Positions 11,167 to 22,400 of a stretch of DNA of 64,000 nt are shown piece after piece. The position numbers and the translations under genes were made by a program. Source of the DNA: an uncultured Bacteroidota bacterium (GTDB lineage: Bacteria; Bacteroidota; Ignavibacteria; Palsa-1295); contig OY969726.1 in NCBI GenBank assembly GCA_963702215.1, positions 1,809,533 through 1,873,532 of the forward strand. The letters are read 5' to 3'. Under the pieces are notes generated by a model. It was given only the letters and a program-made list of their open reading frames with translations. It did no database searches and was not told the DNA's origin. How positions within the stretch are numbered: position 1 is the stretch's first letter; each line of letters starts with the position of its first letter.

Positions 11167-12786
11167 TTACAACGTCCCGAAAACCTCGATGGATTCGGTT
11201 CCCAAATCGAAGCTCACCACCGCGCGCCCGTGATTCTTGAGCGTTTCGAAATCGCCGATGGCTTGGGCGCGGATGAGCGTGCCGAAGCTGTAGGGTTTTT
11301 CGGGAATCGGAATGTCTTCCTTAGGCGTATCGACAAATTGCACGAACACGCCGCCCGGCGGGCCGCCTTTGTGAAGCTGGCCGGTCGAATGCAGGAACCG
11401 CGGGCCAAAGCCAACCGTCACCGGCACATGATATTTTAACGAGAGCCGGTCGCGCAGTTCCGCCAGAGCCGCTTGCGATGCTTCGTTCCGCTCGATGAAG
11501 GCCATGATCGCGATATAGCTATCGGATTTCAGATTCTCGGCGAGAAATTGAGCTAATGCGGAGAGGGAAAAACCACCCCCTGCCCCCTCCTTGAAAAGGA
11601 GGGGGGTTCCAGGACGATACCCTTCAAGCACTTCATTGGTTTTCGCTTTGCTCTCTGCGACGTTCGGCTCGTCGAATGGATTAATTCCCAGCCGTTCGCC
11701 TGCAACCGCAGTGGCAAATTCCCATCGGAAGAATTCCGCGCCGATATCGTAAAGATTCTCCAAATGAAGTGCGAAATGCGCGGGCCGCCCCTGCAGGTCT
11801 TCATCGAGCGATTCTTCGCCAAGGGTCAGGTGCGCATAAATGCGGTAATCGGCCTGCTCTTTTCGAGCCGCCTCGCTCTCACCTTCGATCGGAAGGATGC
11901 CCTTACCCAGCTTGCCCGTACTCTCGGCGATAAGCTGCTCGGCCCAATATCCAAAAGATCGAAGTTTCGGAGGCGTGACGATCGTAAGCTTATTACGGCC
12001 ATTTTTCGCGGCATCGCCCAGGAATATGCCGAAGGCGAGCGGCGAATTGCGCTCCTCTTCCGCGCGCGAAAGTCCCGCTTCGGAACTGGCACTCGATAGT
12101 ATTTTTTCGATGTCGATCCCCGCCAGCGCGGCTGGAACCATACCAAAATACGAAAGCACGGAATAACGCCCGCCGATATCCGGCGGATTCGAAAAGGTAT
12201 GGCGGAATCCGCGATCGTCGCCCAATTTCTCGAGCGTCGTATCGGGGTCAGTGATCGCTGCAAAATGAAGCCTGCGATCGTCACCCAGGGATTCCAGTTT
12301 TTTCCAGAAATAATCGTAATAGCATTGCGGCTCCAGCGTCGTGCCCGATTTGCTCGCCACGATGAATAGCGTTTTTGCGAGATCGCAGGCGCGTTCCGTC
12401 GCCAGCACCTGATCGGGATGCGTGCTATCGAGCACCAGGATGCTGGGATATCCATTCCGGGTTTCAAATGAATCCCGCAAAGTCTCGACGCAGAGGCTGC
12501 TACCGCCCATACCGAGAATGACGACATGTGTGATGCCGTCTTTCTGAACCCCCTTCGCAAAATCGGCGATCTCATTGAGCTGTTTGAGCGACCAATCGGA
12601 GACTTCGAGCCATCCAAGGCGATCCTCGATCGTTTGACGGATTTTAGGATCCGAACTCCATACGCCAGAATCTTTCTCCCAGATCCGAGTGGGTAGTTTT
12701 TGCTCGATAGCACCCGCAATAGCTGTGCGCAATTCATCCGTGAGGACGGTTTCTTCGGGCTGCAAGGTCTTTCCGGTTCCCAACAT
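11167..12786 (-). CDS. pgi: glucose-6-phosphate isomerase
   Basis: 539 aa with PGI signatures HVVILGMGGSSL and GGRYSVLS. The start codon overlaps the tal stop (TGATG). Confidence 0.9.
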   Translation of the reverse strand: MLGTGKTLQPEETVLTDELRTAIAGAIEQKLPTRIWEKDSGVWSSDPKIRQTIEDRLGWLEVSDWSLKQLNEIADFAKGVQKDGITHVVILGMGGSSLCVETLRDSFETRNGYPSILVLDSTHPDQVLATERACDLAKTLFIVASKSGTTLEPQCYYDYFWKKLESLGDDRRLHFAAITDPDTTLEKLGDDRGFRHTFSNPPDIGGRYSVLSYFGMVPAALAGIDIEKILSSASSEAGLSRAEEERNSPLAFGIFLGDAAKNGRNKLTIVTPPKLRSFGYWAEQLIAESTGKLGKGILPIEGESEAARKEQADYRIYAHLTLGEESLDEDLQGRPAHFALHLENLYDIGAEFFRWEFATAVAGERLGINPFDEPNVAESKAKTNEVLEGYRPGTPLLFKEGAGGGFSLSALAQFLAENLKSDSYIAIMAFIERNEASQAALAELRDRLSLKYHVPVTVGFGPRFLHSTGQLHKGGPPGGVFVQFVDTPKEDIPIPEKPYSFGTLIRAQAIGDFETLKNHGRAVVSFDLGTESIEVFGTL

Positions 12787-13919
12787 CAGGCGATGGCCTC
12801 CTCGATCGTGTGCCGTTTGGATTCCAAATTTTTCGCGAGCGAATCGAAGGCATCCGCGAATTTCTTCACACCTTCGACCTGTAATTCCGTAGCCACCTGC
12901 TCGGTGTCAATTCCGATCTTGCTCAACCGTTCAATCACTTCGTGGGCGTCAGTGATTCCTTTAGTGAGCGTGTCGGCAACTGTTCCGTGATCGGCGAAAG
13001 CCTCGATCGTCTCGTCCGGCACGGTGGTTACGGTTTCTGCGCCAATAAGCGGTTCGATGTATTTAACATCGCTATAATCGGGATTCTTCGTGCTGACGCT
13101 CGCCCATAAACATCGCTGGGGCCGCGCGCCGGAATTGCTCAAATCCGAAAACGGAGCGCCATGAAAAATTTCGAGATAATGCTCGTAGGCAAGCTTGGCA
13201 TTGGCAATGGCGGCTAAGCCGTGGAGCGAACGAATCGGGCCCGCTGCACCGTCGGCGGCGCCGATTTTGGCGTCGAGCTTCTGATCGACATTCGTATCGA
13301 CGCGCGAAAGGAAAAAGCTCGCCACGCTCGCCACACGAGAAATATCCTTGCCGCGCTTTTTCAAATCCTTCAGCGCGTCCAGATATGCTTTTGCGACCTG
13401 CGAATAACTCTCGATCCCAAAAAGGAGCGTGATGTTGATATTGATGCCTTCGGAGAGGCATTGCCGAATAGCGGGAACTCCTTCAGGCGTACCAGGAATC
13501 TTTATCAGCACATTCGGCCGATCGACCGTCTTCCACAGCCGCCGAGCCGCATCGATGGTCTCCTCGGTTTTGTTGGCAAGCTTCGCATCGACTTCGATCG
13601 AGACAAATCCATCGACGCCCCGAGTCCGGTCATAGACAGGGCGCAAAATATCGGCAGCATTGCGAACATCGTCGGTGGTGAGATGCTCGTAGATTTCCGC
13701 GGTCGTGAGTCCATCGCGCACGCCCTGCTCGATGTCCTCGTCATATTCATCGCCTTTGGAGATCGACTTTTCAAAGATGGAGGGATTGGATGTAATGCCG
13801 CGAAGCCCGAGCTCCTCGATCATATTGGCTATTTTTCCCTCGGTGATAAATTTTCGGCTCAGGTTATCGTACCATAGGCTTTGGCCGTAGCGTTCTAATT
13901 CTTTCCAGCGGTTTGACAT
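12786..13919 (-). CDS. tal: transaldolase
   Basis: 377 aa with GITSNPSIF and the catalytic Lys region. It is translationally coupled to pgi, an arrangement seen elsewhere as bifunctional Tal-Pgi proteins. Confidence 0.9.
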   Translation of the reverse strand: MSNRWKELERYGQSLWYDNLSRKFITEGKIANMIEELGLRGITSNPSIFEKSISKGDEYDEDIEQGVRDGLTTAEIYEHLTTDDVRNAADILRPVYDRTRGVDGFVSIEVDAKLANKTEETIDAARRLWKTVDRPNVLIKIPGTPEGVPAIRQCLSEGININITLLFGIESYSQVAKAYLDALKDLKKRGKDISRVASVASFFLSRVDTNVDQKLDAKIGAADGAAGPIRSLHGLAAIANAKLAYEHYLEIFHGAPFSDLSNSGARPQRCLWASVSTKNPDYSDVKYIEPLIGAETVTTVPDETIEAFADHGTVADTLTKGITDAHEVIERLSKIGIDTEQVATELQVEGVKKFADAFDSLAKNLESKRHTIEEAIA

Positions 13920-13980
13920 GAAAAATTAAGTTTTTGGTGGAGATACATTCTTCGTCCCGAAATCAGAACGAGAAGCGTGC

Positions 13981-14017
13981 AAAAAATAAGCCCTCGCAGA
14001 GAGATTCTGCGAGGGCT
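13981..14017 (-). terminator. rho-independent terminator for the large cargo gene C
   Basis: On the minus strand the sequence GCCCTCGCAGA-atctc-TCTGCGAGGGC forms an 11-bp perfect stem and is followed by TTATTTTTTG. Confidence 0.6.
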
Positions 14018-14058
14018 CCAAAAATACTCCTTCGAATTGCGAAGGAAGGGGAAGATTT

Positions 14059-17000
14059 TTACTTCTGCACCACGAACGGTACGGACTGCTCCGTTGCGCC
14101 ATCGGAAACGCGCAGGATATAACTGCCGCTGGGAAGCGCCGTTGTTTGTAGCGTAGCACTGTGCTCGCCGGTCAGGATCGGGTTTTGCCACATGAGTGTC
14201 AGGTCCCGCTGGCCGAGCGCGTCATAGATGTCCATCGTTAGCGGCACGCCATTGAGGCGGACGGAGTAGGCAACCGTGGCGTCACCCCTCGTGGGATTCG
14301 GCGTAATACTCTCAATCCGGAACGTTGGCGTTCCTCCGCTAAGCAAATTCCGAAGCGTAAGGTCCCCACAGCGGTCCAGGCCGGCAAAGGTTGCAGGGAT
14401 CGTATCATGCGAAACCCAGCAGACCGGATTGCCAGTCGAATCCTCATAGACGGGATCAATAATATCCAGTGTGGAAATCGAATCCTTGTTCACCACATAT
14501 TCCAAAGTGACGCTCGCGATCGAGCTATCGCCTTCGGTGATCGGGCTATTCGATTGAACGACCACGGTATTGAGCACAAAATTCGCGTCCGAAGGATCCG
14601 GACCGCTATTGTTCTGAATCACCCGCAAGCCGCTGGCATTATTACCTTGTGGCGTACCAGAGATAAACATATCGCGTTTGTAACGCAGGATAAACCGAAT
14701 GCGATAGATGCCCGATTGCATATTGAGGCCACCTAAGCCCGAGCCGAAGCTAATCGGAACGGTAACGCTCTCCGACGGATGCGCCGTATAGAGACCACCC
14801 GTCGCACCGCTCGCCAGGCTCAAGGTGTTCACGTAGTGTAACGGCGCGCCCGAGAGTTGCTCGAGGAACGAGGTGTCCATTCCCGTTTCCAGGTTGGTGA
14901 ACGTGTAACGCAAGTAGGCGCCGGTCCCGCCCGCGATCTGCGGATTGAACATCACGGTAAAGTTTACCGAGCCATTCAGATTCAGCGTGTCACCCAATGT
15001 CAAGCCGTGGGTTCCATTCGTGAATGTAAATTGGTTCGCTCCGTTGCTCGATAGTGCATCCACGATTTGGACGCTATCCAGGACCGCTGGTATCGTTCCC
15101 AAACTCTTCGCTGTCACGACGGCCGAATCGTTCCGGCAGACATAGACGTTGCCGAAATCGTGATTCGTCCCGGCAACCGCGAAGCTTGTGGCGATAACCT
15201 GCACCGGCGCGGTTTGAGCCATCGTGCATGCGGTATCCGCGCCCACGGCCAGAAGACTTCCGATGTTCGTGCCGCCTGGAACGCTGGCAAAGGTCACCAC
15301 GACCGGGGCACTATCGCCAGGAAGAATCTGCTCATTCGGAGTGTAGCCGGACAGCGCAAAGCCGCCATCGACCGTCAGGTCCGAAAGCACGAGCGTCGTA
15401 TCGCCATCATTGTGAATCCAGAAAGTCGTTCCCACGCTATCGCCGGGATTGACCGTTCCGAAATCGTCCGAGGGCGGCGTGATGCGGATCGTCGCGTGGC
15501 GGACGATGCCGGTTAGGATGAGTTCCGGCGTATAGATATTTTCACCGGAATTTCCCGAGGAACCATAAGCGATGATTGTATCCGTCCTTTCCCCGTATCC
15601 CTTGGTCAGGTCTGGAGTAAATTTGAGTATAACAAAGGCATCGGCACCTTTGGCAAGTTGCCACATTGTCGTTCTGGCTGCCATACTGCATACCGATGAT
15701 CGAGAACTCCGCTGCATCCGGACCATGGATTTGGACGCTATCTACGGCTACAGCCGCCGTCGCGCTAAGAGGATCCACGAGGTACACTGTATCGATCACA
15801 GGATTGCCGCATTCGGTCACGAAACCCTGGCTCGGGCGGTTCCAATTGAGTTCTGCCTTCACGCCAACTCCCAGAAGCTGCGAGGTGTCTTTAATCGAAT
15901 GGACAAACCACCCCGGGAGATTATCGCTCCAGTTCTGCAGCGATTCCGCAGCGCCGGTATCCTGAGGATGGAAGCAGAATTCAAGTGTGACGGTGGCTCC
16001 GGGCGGAATCGTCACAGGCAGGATGGAAGAGTCCGAAAACGAAAAGTCCGCATTCCCGCCGAGCCCCGATCCGGCACCGAGCGTGAGCGGCGCTTTGCCG
16101 ACATTCCGCACCGTGACCGGTTTGCAAATCGTATCTCCGACTGTTACATTGCCAAAATTGAGATCGCTCGCAATGATGAGTGGCGTGGTGCCAATGCCCG
16201 AGAGTGGATAGGGCAGCAGCGTGCAACTATCCTTCCCGATCGCCAAAAATAAGGTGTCAAACGATAGAAGCGTGTCGGACGGCGTGAAGCAAAGCTGGAG
16301 TGTGACGCTATCTCCCGGCTTGATCGTTCGGTTTATCTCCGTTGGAGATATTTTAAAGGTTCCCGCCGTATCGATGCCCATAACGTGGGCGCTCGCGACC
16401 GTAATCGGTCCGCCGCCAGTATTGACAAACGAAATCTGCTCACAGGAATCATCCGTCACCCGAACGGGTGCAATCTCGAATGGCGTCGGCGAGGGGCGAA
16501 GTTTCGGCGCAATGTAATAATATTGATACACGGTGTCGTTGCCGGCCTTATCCGTCGTCCAAACGGCGGCGTAGGCATCCTGCGTGGGATCGATGACGTT
16601 GAGGTCGAAATAGGCCGTGCTATCGCCCGAGGTGAATGGGTGCGACGGATCGAAGCTAAAGACGAAATTATGCGAGGACTTCGGCCAACGAGGATCGAGC
16701 GAATCGGTAATCAGCTGGATGTCCGAAATTTTTGTATCTTCGAAACTAAACGTGGGCTCGTGCCGAGTCTCCAAAAATTCCACCTGGAAATTGGTACATG
16801 AGGAATCCACCTTTTCCAGAGGCGGCAGCGTATCGGGCGACGGAATTCCCAGGGCCATGCCGGCCGGATGGCCGTAACTTTCGTATTGCGACCAGCCATA
16901 CAAATAGCATGCGAATGGCGAGCCGCAACTGGCAACATAGCAAGTCGAGGTTCCCGGAAACTGAATGCGGTAACATCCCATGAGGGGTTTCGTCCCGGGA

Positions 17001-18322
17001 ATGACCGAATGCCCCGCCGGGGGATAGAAGGTGATTGGTTCCCCATTGATCATGATGTGCAGGATCGAATCGTCCTCGCATAAGAAAGTTCCGTAATGGA
17101 CAAACCCCGCCACCCCGGTTCGATCCGGTGGCCGAAAGATCATCTTATTCTGGAACTGTTCCTTCGGCGTGAGGACGATCGAAAATGGATCGGAGAGTCC
17201 CGGATCCCCATCGTAATTCTGGCTATATGCCATTTGGACCGCGAGGAACTTTTCTCCGCCCTGAGAAGAAATCGTGCTCGGCTCGACCACCTCATCGAAA
17301 TCGTAATAATCACCTGCATGGAGCAGTGTGGTCTGCTGATTCCGATTGGCGCTCACAAGCGTAACCGTCACATTATCTTGTCCCGCAATCACACGAATCA
17401 AATCGCCGCACACGACGCGTGTTGCTGTTGGCATGTCGTAATACTGCGTTCCCCATTCCTGTATGGGCGGAACCATCTCCATCACTTCGTCCTTGGAGCC
17501 ATTCGAGGCGGCCAGTTCCCCGATGGGAATCGAGCAAAGCTGGTGCCCGGAGATGAGCCCGATTGGCTTCGTGCTCGTGATATGAGTCCCAGTTAGGTCC
17601 GCATCGCCATACTGCAGTCCGGTCGATTGCACGAGGTACGTTTGGCCCTTCATGAGCGTGATGTTCCAGGTGTCGCCCGCATGGTGCAGAATGGTTGTCG
17701 CGTTTGGGTCCTGTCGCGTATCCGTCTTCACGGGGCCAATCGTGACGAGATTATTGTCATAAGGCGAAATAATCAAAAACTGCCCCGCCAGGGGAGGAGT
17801 CCCAAGCAGCGTGTAATGATCGTCGTAATAGCACGCGGGGTAATACTCGGTTCCCAGCGCCGGCGTCGGGATGGCAAGATAACTGTCGGTTGAGGAGGTA
17901 TTGGCTCCGGTATATTGATAGCCATAGACCACGACTGGATTCTTTGAATAAACATGAATACCAAAATTGACTGCTTCCTCCGGCGAATAATCTTCCCACG
18001 CCGCTTCACTCCGTGCCGGAACCGTCCAAATGCTATTGGGCGTCATCGTGGAATGGTATGTCTCTACCGGGCCGGACGAGCCGCCATAGACATCGACGTG
18101 AACATCGTTAGCGGTTCCCGTACCAATGTAGAGCACGCAATTCTCTGGCGGGCAGCAGTTTAGTCCAAACGAATTTGGCATGAACCCCATCCAGAAATCG
18201 GTTCCCATCGAAGTTTGGCCTTTTTGGGCAACCGCGCCCGAGGGCCAAAGCCACGCCGAAACAAGCAGGAGTGCTGCCCAGTGAAGGAAATTCAGACGCA
18301 AAGACTGACGAGTTATATACAT
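14059..18322 (-). CDS. giant T9SS-secreted cell-surface protein (paralog C), apparently interrupted by a frameshift at 15542-15726
   Basis: The 941-aa ORF has a signal peptide (MYITRQSLRLNFLHWAALLLVSAWLWPSGAVAQ) and an N-terminal GTDFWMGFMPN domain homologous to the paralogs at 19401 and 23881, but it has no sorting domain. The overlapping 555-aa ORF has no signal peptide and ends with a T9SS C-terminal sorting domain (NPTRGDATVAY...LTMDIYDALGQR...GSYILRVSDG...VVQK). Fused, they would give a protein of about 1450 aa, matching paralog A. Confidence 0.6.
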
Positions 18323-18420
18323 GGAATTCCGAAAATAAGAAAAACAAAGTTCTGAGACGCGCCGCATGCGCGCCTCACTTAACTACCACCCGCCGCACCA
18401 TTGCGGCAACTCTTCCCCGT

Positions 18421-19230
18421 TTATCCGCGGATGAAGTAGCGGATAGCGATTCCGCCGAAGAGCGACGATGCGCGCCAGGCTTCCGGCGCATCCACTTGCG
18501 TCAGCGGGAAATCATAACCAACGACGGGCGTAGCGATCCAGTCATTCGAAAACGAAATATCGTATGTAGCCGCAGCGCGAAGCGCGATGCGGAGCGACTG
18601 CGCAGTCGCAATCGCGGTGGACGAGGTGACGGTTTGCGTCACATCCTGATTGTCCTGCGAAGCGCTCGGCGAGATTGCGGAAACGGTAACGGTCTTATTG
18701 AGCGTCGCCCCCATTTTAATTCCCACCGTGGGTCCGATCATAATGCCGGGGCCAACGGGGCTTGGGCCGGGCGTGAAGTTATATTTGTATGCCAGGTTCA
18801 CTTCAAGATAGCTCACGTTCGCGGTAAGCGAAGTGGTAACGCTGGAATTATCATCGACGTGGCCATTTTCCTTCGTGGGAGTGGTTACAGCGCTTGAATT
18901 CAAGTTATTGAACTTCGAGGACTTCGAATCGAAGATCACTTCGCCCACGATGAAGTTCTGAAGCGCATCCGCATTCCCGAGCGGGAACTCGAGCGAAACG
19001 CCGCCCCAGGCCGCTACATCCGAACCATTCTGAGCCAAAAAGCACGTAGGCTCCGAATTCAGGATGGGAAACTGATTGGAATTATAGGTCACGAGATTGA
19101 TGCCGCCTACCGGTCCGGCCAAAAAGCCGACCTGCACCGAAGGCGTCAGAACGCCCTGTGCGGAAGCACGGCCGAACTGGATTGCAAGGAAAGCGAAAGC
19201 AAATAGAATTAAAAAGAGACGAGTACGCAT
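18421..19230 (-). CDS. outer-membrane beta-barrel protein (OMP_b-brl/PorT-like class) embedded between T9SS cargo genes
   Basis: The signal peptide MRTRLFLILFAFAFLAIQFGRASAQ suggests a start at 19230. The mature region of about 245 aa shows amphipathic beta-strand periodicity. The N-terminus does not resemble PorP/SprF. Confidence 0.5.
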   Translation of the reverse strand: MRTRLFLILFAFAFLAIQFGRASAQGVLTPSVQVGFLAGPVGGINLVTYNSNQFPILNSEPTCFLAQNGSDVAAWGGVSLEFPLGNADALQNFIVGEVIFDSKSSKFNNLNSSAVTTPTKENGHVDDNSSVTTSLTANVSYLEVNLAYKYNFTPGPSPVGPGIMIGPTVGIKMGATLNKTVTVSAISPSASQDNQDVTQTVTSSTAIATAQSLRIALRAAATYDISFSNDWIATPVVGYDFPLTQVDAPEAWRASSLFGGIAIRYFIRG

Positions 19231-19400
19231 GGTTTTGTTCGTTAAGTCGAGTGTGTTTGTTAAAAGCTTGCAGTGGCTACGACGCATGAATCGTTCATAC
19301 CGTGATCTCTCATGCGCGAAAGGTTGAGTTTCCAAGTCCTTTCGGCTGCCGTTAGTTCCGCAAATTGAAAATCGTTCATTCGATGACTCCATTTTTCATT

Positions 19401-22400
19401 TTACCGGTCAATCACGAATTGCTTCGAGATGACACTTCTGCCCAGGTTGCCTTCGGCAGAAAGCCGGTATGTATAGGTACCGGCGGGAAGCTTCGCGACA
19501 TCCGCGGAAGCTTCCCACGAGCCAGCTTCGTGATATACATTGCCCACGGGCCGCGCTACTTCGCGACCGAGCACATCGTAAATCGTAAGTGTCAGCCTCG
19601 CCGGCGCCCAATTCGCATATTGGAACGTTATTTCGCCCCCGGTCACCGGATCCGGCTTCGCCGGCTGAATGAAGGCGACGATGCCTCCGCCCTGCATAAA
19701 GCCGCGCAAGGTTGGATCGCCGCAACGCTGAATCAGGCTGAAATTGCTATCGGCCACCATCGGATTGATGCATCCGGCGGTTGCGCTGTCACTGAAAAAT
19801 GTGAGCTCCGCGAGCGTGACATTCGTCGCCGTATCGAGTTTTGGCAGCGTAACGGTAAAGCCGATCTGGCCTAAAGTGATGGTGCCATTCGGAAGCTTTG
19901 GGCCGCGCAGCACGAGCACGACGCTATCCCCCAGCTTCGTTACATACGATCCCGGCGCCACGCTCCAACCCGGTGGAAGCCCAGCAACCGCGTTTGTGAG
20001 ATCGCCTTTCGTGATATTCAGCAAATCCGGATTTGAAATGAGATAGACGAGCCGCACGCCCGTAATATCCAAATCTGTATCGTTCACTGTCAGGTTGCGC
20101 GGATTGACCGTGAGCGACATCGGAAGATCCGCCGTCGTCCCTGCGTTGCCGCTCGGCGGCGGGAACTGCGAAGTCACTTCGACATCGACAAAGTTCGAGG
20201 TGCCCTGAACCGTGGCAACAACGGTAGAAATCGATTTGGAATTCTTCAGCGCGAAGGCGATCGAGTCGATGTCCGTGTGCAGATTCGAATCCTGCGCGTT
20301 CGGAATGAATTCCACCGGAATGCGAAGGAAACTATCGCTCGGAATAATCAGTCCTTCTGGATTCGTTGGGAACAAGAATGCAGTGCTATCCGCCCCGAGC
20401 CAATTTGCCGAATGGATCGTATCCGCTTCCGGGCTGGGGTTCGTGATCGTGATCGTGTCCATCGTATGTGAGCAAGCGAGGATGGGCGAGGATACCGTGC
20501 TTTGAGCCACATCCGGTGGCAAGCCGGAAATGCTTAGGGCGTAGATCGATGTGTCACATGCTGTGCTTGCGAACTCGAGATTCACCCACTGTGAATCGAC
20601 AAAGCTCACCGAAGGATCGAACGTAACCGACACCGTAAGCGATTGCCCCTGCGTAAGCGTAACCGGCAACCCATTGCCCGCGCTCGGCGAAACCGAATAC
20701 GATCCCGGCGAGCTGCCATTGACTGGCGCAAACGAAATATCGTTATAGATAACCGGCGTTGCATTCGGATTCGTGATGGTAAATGTCTTCGTAACCTTAC
20801 CGCTCTGATAGGGAACCTGCCCAAAATCGAGCGTGGGCGGATTGAACGTCATGGTAAGCTCGTTGACCTGGATATGGGCGATAACTTTGCCCATCGGCTG
20901 ATTATCCGAGCCGTACGCCGTGATGGTGTCCCACGCCGAGGCATTCCCACCGGTGGGAACTCCATAGGTGACGACGATGGTATCCGCGCCACCGCTCTTG
21001 GCGAGCGTTTGCGCCACTTTGGCGGGGTCCCACGTAGAGTCGTTCGCTAAAATGCCAATAGGTTTCGAGAAATCCAAAGTATTCGATGCAGTGACACGGT
21101 TAACAATGGCATCCGCCGAGCCGCTATTCGAAAGCACGAACGTCAGCCGGAGCGTATCGCCGGCCTGCGGGCAGTCGATCGTGTCGTCGATATTCTGGGC
21201 GAAGGTCACTTGCGCCACAATCGGGTTTCCAAAGAGGGAATCGTTATGGAAATCGAGCGAGCCATTGGCGTTTTCGCCGGCGCTTTCCCAATAACCTTGT
21301 GCCTTATCCTGCTCGACGACGGTGGGCTGATAGATGAACCAGACGGAATCGAGACCATCCGGGCCATTCACGGTTTTTTTCTTGGGAACCGTTACTGTTT
21401 TTGCTTGATAGGGCGCAAGGTAAAAATGCGTGGGGTCCGAGACCGAATCGAATTTCACAACGAGGTCCTCGAGCGATGTTTTGTTGTGAATCACCACGGG
21501 CTTTTGCACCCATCCGGTATCTTTTGTGAGCGGCACATTCAGCCAGGTTTGGTTATCGACGCTATAATCGGCGGCGCCGGCATTGCCCTCGGCCACCGGA
21601 GCCATCGCCAGGCATTCGCTCCCGAAATCCAGCGTATCGTACGCTTCCTGGCCCTTCTTTGGCGTGAACTGAATCTCTACGACGCGCGAAGAATCGGCCG
21701 GTATCGGGCTCAAATCTGGATTGACTAAGCTGAATCCCTGGTTCCCAAGTTTCAAGGTTAGCGTCTTGATATCGAAGGGCGTTTTGCCCGTATTGCGAAT
21801 CGTATCGTAGAGTACGGCGGTTACCCCAAGCGCAACCGTTCCGAAATCCTGCACGGCCGGAACGATTGTGGCGTAATTTGGCTGGTATCTACTAACGATG
21901 CTCGTCGCATTGCCGGCGATGTCATACACCGTCACTTGAAGGTAGCCCTCTTTCGTCGGATCGGTGACGGATATTCCGTAGCCGGAGGTGTCCAGCCCCA
22001 CGCCCTCGAGCCAATCCGAATCGAGGGTGAACGTCATGTTGTAGTCGCTATCGATCTGAATCTTTGCAAGCTTGGTTGCAAGCGCACCGGTATCGGAAAG
22101 ATGGATGAACGCGTCGTAGCATGCGCTGAACGTATCGGCTTCGGGCGGAATGGTATCGGTCGCGTGAAACGTTCCGGTTCCGAAGGAGCCCACCCACGCA
22201 TAAGACTCATCAAAGCCATAGCCATAAATATACACGCCAGCCCCGGCGGTGTCGCCGGCGATAATGTGGACCCCCGATGGCAGATGTTTATAGGTAAATA
22301 TTTCAAACGTATCGTCGATGTTCTGCTTAGTCGAGTTTAGCGTCAGAATGCTATTGCCATCGATAGTCGTGGTGGCCTCATCGTTCTTATTGATGGTGAT

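Noticed and set aside
11826-12737. 303-aa minus-strand ORF inside pgi
   Set aside because: It is an alternative frame of pgi. It is Arg/Ser-rich with no motifs, whereas pgi in its own frame has canonical signatures.
13221-13877. 218-aa plus-strand ORF
   Set aside because: It is antisense to tal. It is a shadow ORF.
19365-19874. 169-aa plus-strand ORF
   Set aside because: It is antisense to the C-terminal sorting-domain region of T9SS cargo A. It has no motif support.
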